A DNA stretch of 27,188 nt. It comes from Pseudomonadota bacterium (GTDB lineage Bacteria > Bdellovibrionota_B > Oligoflexia > Oligoflexales > CAIYRB01). Both the position numbers and the translations under genes were made by a program. Below are positions 15,186-22,210 of the stretch, one piece after another. The DNA is taken from assembly GCA_031416315.1 (NCBI GenBank), contig JANOTL010000170.1, positions 1 to 27,188 of the forward strand, in the 5' to 3' direction. Within the stretch, counting starts at the first letter, position 1; each line of letters opens with the position of its first letter. The notes beneath the pieces were generated by a model. That model saw nothing but the letters and a program-made list of their open reading frames with translations. It searched no databases and was not told the origin of the DNA.

Positions 15186-16289
15186 TCAGTACGGGACGTA
15201 GAAATCCGCGTCCTTGTACCAGCCGCCCGTGCTGGGATCGTAGCAAGGGCACGAGTCGTCCTTGCCGAGATCCGGGCCCGACTGACCAGGCTTCTGGTCC
15301 GGCTTCTGGCTCGGGTTCTGGCCGGGCTCGCCCGGGTTCGGCGTCGGGCCGGGAATCGGCGTCGGCGTCGGCGTGGGGGTCGGCGTCGGCTCCGGGTTTG
15401 GGACCGGCGTCGGCGTGCCCGGGATGACGACGGGCTTGTCGGACTTCACGACCACGATGGTGACTTCAGCGTCGAGGGCTTTGCCGTCGACGTCGGTGCA
15501 GACCGCTTTCACGTCGTGCGCGCCGGCTTCTTTGTAGCCGTGCTTCACGGTGGCGCCCGCGCCTTTTTCGCCGTCGCCGAAGTTCCAGGCGATGGTCAGG
15601 GGCAATTTCTTCAGGTCGCAGCGGCCGACGAAGGTGATTTGCTGAGAGATCGTGGCGACCATCGGGTCAGAGACGATGGTGAAGCCGCCGTCGGTGGCCG
15701 GCGTCGTGTCGTCGAAAACGGTCAGCGTCATGCGAGCGAGGGCTTTTTCGCCTTCGTTCGAGGTGACGACCATGACGATTTCGACGTCGCCGGTCTTGGT
15801 GAAGGTGAAAGGCACGGAGAGGGGCTCGCAACCGGCGACGCGGGCCGCGACGCGGTCGGATTCACCGCCAATGTCGTACTCGGCTTTGACGATGCCAGGA
15901 TTGACGCAAGCGCTGACGCCGACGTCGTCGGGATCGACAGTGTCGAAAGTCGGACGAATCACGGTCGGGACGTTGATCTTGACCTTGGTGATCGACTGAT
16001 CGTTCAAGACCACTTCGACGCGGGCCGTAGGGCCCGGATTGTCGCTGCCCGTCGCGGGCGGCGTCGGTCCCGGCACGGGGCCGGGTGGCGTTCCAGGAAC
16101 CTCCTGGTTCGGCGGGATAGTGCCGGCGGCAGGAGGCGTCAGATGGTCCGGCGTCTTCGCCGTCGTCTGCGTCTTCTTCGCGGGCTTCAGGATCTCGTAG
16201 GACGCCGGACGGCAGCTTTGGCTCGCCGCTCCGAGGACGCCTACCGCTGCGAGAAGCAGCGCGACACGGGGGAATCTCAGGCTAGACAT
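15186..16289 (-). CDS. Probable surface lipoprotein with two PKD/Ig-like domains and Pro-Thr linkers
   Basis: ATG 16289 with a GGAG SD; hydrophobic signal ending AASQSC. PKD signature IAWNFGDGEKGAGATVKHGYKEAGAHDVKAVCTD; a second PKD-like unit (FTFTKTGDVEIVMVVT); (PT)n stalk. Confidence 0.8.
   Translation of the reverse strand: MSSLRFPRVALLLAAVGVLGAASQSCRPASYEILKPAKKTQTTAKTPDHLTPPAAGTIPPNQEVPGTPPGPVPGPTPPATGSDNPGPTARVEVVLNDQSITKVKINVPTVIRPTFDTVDPDDVGVSACVNPGIVKAEYDIGGESDRVAARVAGCEPLSVPFTFTKTGDVEIVMVVTSNEGEKALARMTLTVFDDTTPATDGGFTIVSDPMVATISQQITFVGRCDLKKLPLTIAWNFGDGEKGAGATVKHGYKEAGAHDVKAVCTDVDGKALDAEVTIVVVKSDKPVVIPGTPTPVPNPEPTPTPTPTPTPIPGPTPNPGEPGQNPSQKPDQKPGQSGPDLGKDDSCPCYDPSTGGWYKDADFYVPY
15340..15420. 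repeat. Low-complexity ggcgtc-type hexamer repeats encoding a Pro-Thr linker
   Basis: Repeated ggcgtc/ggaatc/ggggtc units translate as PGTPTPVPNPEPTPTPTPTPTPIPGPTP. Confidence 0.85.
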
Positions 16290-16363
16290 GTAGGAACTCC
16301 ACTTCAACTTCTGCTTGGACACTCAGCTTCGACGCAATGGGAATGAGGGGGCACCAACGCGAT

Positions 16364-17767
16364 TCACTTGGTATCGCGGTAGATCAGGAATTCGACGCGG
16401 CGGTTGAGCTGCCGGCCTTGGTAGTTGCCGTTGTCGGCGATCGGGAAACGCTCGCCTTTGCCGACGGCCTGGACTTTCTTGCCGTCGAGCTTGAACTTCT
16501 CGATGAGCCACTTGCGGATGGTCTCGGCGCGACGGCGCGACAGGCTGTTGTTGTAATCGTCGGTGCCGACGGAGTCGGTGTGGCCTTCGATGACGAGAAG
16601 CTTGTACGCGGGCTTCAGCATGACGTAGGCCGCGAGCTTCTTCAGGTTTTCGTCGGCGCCGTCGAGCACGAGCTCGGCCGAGTCGAACTCGAAGAGGATG
16701 TCGTGGATGACGATGCGCTCGCGAGCGCGGGGGGGACCGGCGAAAGGGTCTCTGCCCGGCTGCGGCTTGCCGCCGTCGGTCTTGGTCGGGGTGCGCTTCG
16801 AGAACGTCGGGCCGATGTTGTAGTTGACGCCGGCGTAGATCCGCCAGTCGGGCGAAGCGCGGCCGTTGATCAACTCGGTGCCGCCGCCGAAGTGGCCGGC
16901 GAGCGCGGTGGTGAAGTCGTGCTTCACGCCGAGGAGGGCTTCGGCGGACTGGGCGAGGCGGTTCGAGCTCTCGGTCTCTTTCTTCGCGGGGCGGCTGCCG
17001 AAGATCTCGAAGATGAGCTTCGTGTCGATGGCGTCGAAGCGATAGGACGCGGCCGCGGACATGATCCACTGGTCGCCGAGCGGGTCGATGGGGCCCGAGA
17101 CGTCGATTTTCTCGCCCGGCTTGCGCCAGCGGCGGCCGGCGTTGATACCAAAGGCGACCTTGCTGATGGTGGTATCGGCGGCGAGCTCGAGGTTGTAGGT
17201 CGGGCCGGCGCCTTTGCCCGTGAAGGGGTTGTTCTTCACGCGATTGATGTTGGCCGTGCCGACGACCGCGACGCCGCCCGTGTTGTCGCCGACGAGGCGG
17301 AGCTTGGTGTTGATGCGCAGCTCCGTGTTCCCCTTTTCGGCGAACTGGCCGCGGTAGCCTTGGGACTTCACTTCTTGGAAGAGCACTTGCGGCACGGAGA
17401 GACCCATGTCCCAGTTAGGTAGAAGGCCGATGCCGACGTTGAGGTCGGCGCCGAGAAGCGAGTCGGTGAACTTGGCTCTGCCCTGCAGCGTATGGTCGAA
17501 GTAGGGGAGCGAGTTGACCGCATAGTTGAAGAAGAGGCCGAAGTTGATGTAGCCGGGCTCGAGCGTCTCCGAGGACTGCACGGTGACGAAGTCGAGACCC
17601 GAGGTCGTCGGGTTGAAGTTCTGCATGTCGGTGCCGACGACGTTCGCAATCGCGACAGGCGTCGAAAGAGTCGACAGCAGCGTCGCGACGACGAGGCGCG
17701 AAAGGCCGGCCCGGTAAGGGTTTCGGGTTCGCAGGCTCTTGGGGGATTTCGACTTCCGCATCAACAT
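16364..17767 (-). CDS. OmpA-family protein: N-terminal beta-barrel plus C-terminal peptidoglycan-binding OmpA_C domain
   Basis: ATG 17767 with a GGAG SD; signal ends PVAIA; amphipathic strands end in WRIYAGVNYNI. OmpA_C motifs ILFEFDSA, IEGHTDSVGTDDYNNSLSRRRA, NRRVEF. Confidence 0.9.
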   Translation of the reverse strand: MLMRKSKSPKSLRTRNPYRAGLSRLVVATLLSTLSTPVAIANVVGTDMQNFNPTTSGLDFVTVQSSETLEPGYINFGLFFNYAVNSLPYFDHTLQGRAKFTDSLLGADLNVGIGLLPNWDMGLSVPQVLFQEVKSQGYRGQFAEKGNTELRINTKLRLVGDNTGGVAVVGTANINRVKNNPFTGKGAGPTYNLELAADTTISKVAFGINAGRRWRKPGEKIDVSGPIDPLGDQWIMSAAASYRFDAIDTKLIFEIFGSRPAKKETESSNRLAQSAEALLGVKHDFTTALAGHFGGGTELINGRASPDWRIYAGVNYNIGPTFSKRTPTKTDGGKPQPGRDPFAGPPRARERIVIHDILFEFDSAELVLDGADENLKKLAAYVMLKPAYKLLVIEGHTDSVGTDDYNNSLSRRRAETIRKWLIEKFKLDGKKVQAVGKGERFPIADNGNYQGRQLNRRVEFLIYRDTK

Positions 17768-17930
17768 CTTGCAGCTCCGGGGGCACATCGGCAGGGTCAG
17801 AGAAGGGGGTTGGGCGAGCCCAGAAGAGAGGGCGGGCTCCGACGGCCGATGTGCAACGGCGGTGCCAGGTTCGGGCATGCCCCTTGCAAACTCTACCTCA
17901 AAGATCCTGAAGCTGAGCGGAGAACTCACG

Positions 17931-19355
17931 ATGTCGCCGAAGCAGATTTCCCGAAAAGCCTGGGGCTACATTCTCTTCTATGGAGCCATGCTGAGCTTGG
18001 TCGCCGCCTTCGGCCTGGACCGCCTCGGCTGGCGCGGCGAGTCGTTCGGCCCCTTGCCCTTCGTGTCGGCGGTCGTGTGCCTGAAGCTCGGGCTGTTCGC
18101 GTTTTGGCCGATCATCTCCAAGAAAGGTCGGGAGGCGTCGACGGTGATCTCGGAGGTGTTTCCTTCGGCCTCTCGGCAGGATTTGACCGCGAAGGACGCA
18201 AAGGGCGCCAAGGTAGAGCAAGGCGAGACGAAGAGGCTGAGCCTTTGGTCGGACGGGGACGGTCGGATCGACAACGCCCTCTTCCAGTCTAACGTCCCGA
18301 CCTTCGTCCTGAACCACGAGCAACGCTTCCTCGATTGGAATGCGGCCTTCGACCTCGTCTTCAGCGGCGCCACCAACGTCCGCCGCGGCGCCCACGTCTC
18401 CGCCTGGTTCGAGCACCTGGATAACTTCAAGCGCGTCTCCAAGCGCCAAGAGAAGCTCTTCGGCGAAGGCATCCTGCCGATCACCGACCGCGAGCGCGCC
18501 ACCTACGTCTCGCCGGATTACGGGCGCATGGTGTTCACCAAGATCATGACGCCCATCGTCGACCGCATGTCGGGTCGCATCCTGGGCTGGACCGTCGTCC
18601 TGAACGTCAACTCGGTCGGCAAGCGCGAGGAGTTCTTCGAGCGCCTCTACGCGACGCTCGCCCGCGAGACGCGCAAGGTTCGCCACGCGGCCGCGATCGA
18701 CGGCCTGTTCAAGCGCTACTCCGCGCATCGTGAGCTGCTCGCGGTCCACATGCGCCAGCTCGTGGGCAAGAAGCGCGTGCTCGAGCTCGGGGCCGGCGCC
18801 GGCCTCCTGACGAAAAAACTCCTGGCCTCGGGCGCGAAGGTGACGGTCGTCGAGGCCGAGACCGAGCTCCTGCGCAAGCTGCGCGACCGCTGCGCCGAAG
18901 ATGCCGCCAACCTCCGCTGCGTGCGCCGCGACTTCGGCGGCCTCGAGGACCTGCCGGCCGAGCGCTTCGACGCCGTCAGCCTGAGCTTCTCCACGCATCG
19001 TTTCGCCGACCTCGGCACGACCCTCAAGGACGCGTTCAAGACGCTCCGCTCGGGCGGGACTCTCGTGCTCAGCGGCCTGGTGCCGGCGAATGCGGCGGGC
19101 AAGCCTGTGAGCGTCGAGACGCTTTTCGATCACCTGCGCCAGGGCCTCGAGTCCGCCGGCGCCTACGACGAGCAAAAGCATCAGATGAACCACGTCTTCG
19201 AGCGCGAGCTCGAGCTTGCCTCCGAGGCGGCCTTCGCGCCGCGCTCGCTCGCGACCTTGGCCGAGCTCTGCCGCGACGCCGGTTTCGACGTCGAGCTGGC
19301 TCAGGACGGTCATTTGGGTGGGAACGCCGCGTTGCTCCTGGCGAAGAAGCCGTGA
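17931..19355 (+). CDS. Membrane-anchored PAS domain / class I SAM-dependent methyltransferase fusion
   Basis: ATG 17931 with a GGAG SD; two N-terminal hydrophobic helices. PAS core: LFQSNVPTFVLNHEQRFLDWNAAFDLVF ... TPIVDRMSGRILGWTVVLNV. MTase motifs: VLELGAGAG, VTVVE, FDAV, LRSGGTLVL. Confidence 0.8.
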   Translation: MSPKQISRKAWGYILFYGAMLSLVAAFGLDRLGWRGESFGPLPFVSAVVCLKLGLFAFWPIISKKGREASTVISEVFPSASRQDLTAKDAKGAKVEQGETKRLSLWSDGDGRIDNALFQSNVPTFVLNHEQRFLDWNAAFDLVFSGATNVRRGAHVSAWFEHLDNFKRVSKRQEKLFGEGILPITDRERATYVSPDYGRMVFTKIMTPIVDRMSGRILGWTVVLNVNSVGKREEFFERLYATLARETRKVRHAAAIDGLFKRYSAHRELLAVHMRQLVGKKRVLELGAGAGLLTKKLLASGAKVTVVEAETELLRKLRDRCAEDAANLRCVRRDFGGLEDLPAERFDAVSLSFSTHRFADLGTTLKDAFKTLRSGGTLVLSGLVPANAAGKPVSVETLFDHLRQGLESAGAYDEQKHQMNHVFERELELASEAAFAPRSLATLAELCRDAGFDVELAQDGHLGGNAALLLAKKP

Positions 19356-19391
19356 TACCGTCCAGGCCTATTTTAGGTCTGGGAGGTTCTC

Positions 19392-19931
19392 ATGTTCGGC
19401 GGCAGCAAGCGCAAAGACGTGGATCAAGCGAACGAGACGGTCGACTTCACCAAGAACAAGTACCAAGTCGAGCTCGACACGACTAAAGGCAAGATCAAGA
19501 TCGACATCTGGTCGGACCTGGCGCCCGGGCACGCGCGCAACATCATCGGCCTGGCGAAGATCGGCTTCTACGACAACGTCAACTTTCACCGCGTCATCGA
19601 CGGCTTCGTGATCCAGGGCGGCTGCCCGCAAGGCACCGGCACCGGCGGCCCGGGCTACACGATCCCCGGCGAGTTCAACGACGTGAAGCACGAGGCCGGC
19701 GTCCTCTCGATGGCGCGCACCTCGGACCCCAACTCGGCCGGCTCGCAGTTCTTCCTCTGCCTCGGCCGCGTTCCGCACTTGGACAAGCAGTACACCGCCT
19801 TCGGCAAGACCGCCGATCAAGCGAGCCTCGACGTCGTGCTCTCGATCGGCAAGGTCGACACGGATGGCGGCGATCGGCCGACTTCCCCGGTGACGATCTC
19901 GTCGGCCAAGGTGCACGAGCTACCGCTCTAA
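19392..19931 (+). CDS. Cyclophilin-type peptidyl-prolyl cis-trans isomerase
   Basis: GGAGG SD. Motifs GFYDNVNFHRVIDGFVIQGG, GTGTGGPGY, GVLSMAR, SAGSQFF, HLDKQYTAFG. Confidence 0.96.
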   Translation: MFGGSKRKDVDQANETVDFTKNKYQVELDTTKGKIKIDIWSDLAPGHARNIIGLAKIGFYDNVNFHRVIDGFVIQGGCPQGTGTGGPGYTIPGEFNDVKHEAGVLSMARTSDPNSAGSQFFLCLGRVPHLDKQYTAFGKTADQASLDVVLSIGKVDTDGGDRPTSPVTISSAKVHELPL

Positions 19932-19933
19932 GG

Positions 19934-20848
19934 GTGGCCGCGTCGTCCCCTGCGCGCGGCGCCCACCAGGCGACCGATGCCGCCCGCGCCGGCGCCATGG
20001 CCCAGGTCGTCGTCACCACGGCGGTCTGGGGCTTTGGCTTCGTCGCGATCAAGTGGACCTTGGCCGCCGTGAGCCCGATCTGGATGACGGTCTACCGCTT
20101 GATCGCGGTCGTCCTCATCGCGGCGCCCTTGATTTTTGCGATTCCCGCGTGGCGCAAGTCGGTGTCACGCGGGCAAATCAAGCTGGCGTTCTGGCCCGGC
20201 ACGATCCTGGCTTCGTTCCTCGTGCTACAAACTTGGGGCGCGCAGCACACGACAGTCACGAACGCGAGCTTCATCACGACCCTCTACGTCGTGATCGTGC
20301 CGCTGCTCGCCGCGCGCCTCCTCAGGACAAAGGTGTCCGCGATGCATTGGGGCCTCGTCGCCCTGGCCCTCGCCGGCACAGCGCTGATCTGCAAGTGGAA
20401 CGCGCTCGCCTTCAACTTCGGCGATCTCCTCGTCTTCTTCTCGGCGTTCGGCGCCGCCGTCCACATGCTCGTGATCGAGCGCATCGTGCCGCAGGTGCAG
20501 TCGGCCGTCGTCTTCAACGTGCTGCAGTCGCTTTGGGCGGTGCCGATCGCCTTATTGTGCGCGCTCCTTTTCGAGCCGTTGGTGATGCCGGTCTTCACGA
20601 CGCAGGCGCTCGGCGCGTTTCTCGTGCTCGTGATCTTTTGCTCGCTCGTCGGCTTTGCCGTGCAGGTCGAAGCCCAAAAAGTTTTGCCGGCCGTGTTCAT
20701 CAGCGTTCTTTTCCTGCTGGAATCGCCGTTCGCCGCGCTCTTCGGCGCCATGCTCCTCGGCGAGCGCCTCGACGTCACGCAATGGGCCGGCGCCGCATTG
20801 ATCCTAATCTCGTCCGCGGGTGTTTGCGTCCTTGCTTCGCGCAGCTAA
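19934..20848 (+). CDS. DMT/EamA family transporter
   Basis: About 10 hydrophobic segments; VWGFGFVAIK, ASFITTLYVVIVP, GDLL, LLESPFAALFG..LGERL. ATG 19997 is an alternative start. Confidence 0.9.
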   Translation: MAASSPARGAHQATDAARAGAMAQVVVTTAVWGFGFVAIKWTLAAVSPIWMTVYRLIAVVLIAAPLIFAIPAWRKSVSRGQIKLAFWPGTILASFLVLQTWGAQHTTVTNASFITTLYVVIVPLLAARLLRTKVSAMHWGLVALALAGTALICKWNALAFNFGDLLVFFSAFGAAVHMLVIERIVPQVQSAVVFNVLQSLWAVPIALLCALLFEPLVMPVFTTQALGAFLVLVIFCSLVGFAVQVEAQKVLPAVFISVLFLLESPFAALFGAMLLGERLDVTQWAGAALILISSAGVCVLASRS

Positions 20849-20886
20849 GGGCAGATCATCGTGGCAGGCGCCGCCGTGCGCGTCCT

Positions 20887-21984
20887 TCAAGCGACGCCGA
20901 GAACCGCCTCGTTCTGCGCTTCCTGCAGCAAAGAGGTCTCGAACGCCTCGTCCCATTTCACCAGTCCGGCAAACGCGCCCGACGGATCCAAGACCGGCAG
21001 GATGCGCACGCCTGCGTGACGCATCTTTTCCACCGCTTGCCGAAGCGGGTCCGCGAGCTGCACCTGCGCGAAGACGACCTGCATTTCCTGACCGACGGTC
21101 CGCGCCTCCCGCCCGCCCCGCACACCGCGCAAGATGTCGTCCCGCGTGATGATCCCCACACATACGTCTTGCCGCATCACCGGAAAGTCCCGTTGCGGAT
21201 GCGTGATGGCGTAATCGAGGAGCGAGACGATCGGCAGCTCCTCGGTCAGGTAGCCGAACTCCCACGTCGCCGCGTCGGCGACCACGGGATCGCGCACCAG
21301 CGCCAGGGCCGCCGCGCTCTGATTCTCCCGCCGCGCCGCCCAGATCACGAACGCCGCCGCGCCGAAGAGCATCGGATCGGAGACCGCGCCCAGGATGCAG
21401 AAGCCGATCGCGACGAGAACGCTGCCGTAGCCGACCCAGCGCGTCGCTCGAACCGCCCCGAGCGGCCCGCGCATGAGCGCCGCGAGCGCCTTGCCGCCGT
21501 CGAGCGGCCAGGCCGGCAAGAGATTCAAGGCCGCGAGCAGCAAGTTCCCCCAGAACATCTTTCCGAAGATCCCCATCGTGCCGATCTTCGTGGCGTCAAA
21601 GTAATCCGGATCCCCGATCAGGTCGGCTGCCACGAGACAAGCCGCCGCCATGAGCAAGCTGACGCCCGGCCCCGCCAGCGCGATCAACACCTCGGCCCGT
21701 GCCGTCTCGATCGGGCGGTCCAGAGTCGCCATCGCCCCCAGAGGCGTGAGCGTCACGTCCCGCCCGTTGATGCCGAAGCGCTGCGCCATGAGCACGTGGC
21801 CCAGCTCGTGCGCGACCACGAACACACACATCACGATCATGACTTCCATCGTGCTCAAGATCGCGCCGCGCGGCAGTCCCAAGCTCGACCCGAAAAGCGC
21901 CACCCACACGAACAGGAGCGGGAAGCTCCAGTGGAGGCGAACGTCGGTCCCGGCCACGCGCACTATCGTCCATGCGTGCTTCAT
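20887..21984 (-). CDS. Site-2 protease (peptidase M50) with a C-terminal CBS pair
   Basis: VRLHWSF, HELGH (HExxH), IALAGPGVS, NLLPAWPLDGG, followed by two CBS-like repeats (FPVM..VGIITRDDI; LPVLD..GLV). Confidence 0.93.
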   Translation of the reverse strand: MKHAWTIVRVAGTDVRLHWSFPLLFVWVALFGSSLGLPRGAILSTMEVMIVMCVFVVAHELGHVLMAQRFGINGRDVTLTPLGAMATLDRPIETARAEVLIALAGPGVSLLMAAACLVAADLIGDPDYFDATKIGTMGIFGKMFWGNLLLAALNLLPAWPLDGGKALAALMRGPLGAVRATRWVGYGSVLVAIGFCILGAVSDPMLFGAAAFVIWAARRENQSAAALALVRDPVVADAATWEFGYLTEELPIVSLLDYAITHPQRDFPVMRQDVCVGIITRDDILRGVRGGREARTVGQEMQVVFAQVQLADPLRQAVEKMRHAGVRILPVLDPSGAFAGLVKWDEAFETSLLQEAQNEAVLGVA

Positions 21985-21990
21985 GTTTTC

Positions 21991-22018
21991 CGATCGGCAA
22001 AAATCGCCAAAACCTTGA
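21991..22018 (-). promoter_or_regulatory. Possible sigma28 (FliA)-type promoter of the M50 gene
   Basis: Minus strand TCAAGGTT-N12-GCCGATCG versus the consensus TAAAGTTT-N11-GCCGATAA. The ATG lies 6 nt downstream. Confidence 0.35.
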
Positions 22019-22210
22019 GCGAGTCCGGTGACTTTGCGGTCAAACTGCCGTGGCTAAAACACCACACTGGCCGGATTCCCTCGTCGGGACACTTGCTTCA
22101 GTCGAAGGCCGAAGATGCCGAAGAATTTGGCGATTCACGAAAGATGCAGCGGTATAGTGCGGGAGCCAAGCGGTCCTAAACCCTCGTGACCGCGATTAGA
22201 GGAGTTTCTG

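Noticed and set aside
17739..17930. Apparent head-to-head overlap of the ompA-like and PAS-MTase ORFs
   Set aside because: SD-supported starts at 17767 (-) and 17931 (+) leave a normal 163-bp divergent intergenic region.
20053..22179. 708-aa plus-strand ORF
   Set aside because: It is out of frame with the EamA gene and antisense to the M50 gene. The Arg/Pro-rich, motif-free translation is a typical high-GC shadow ORF.
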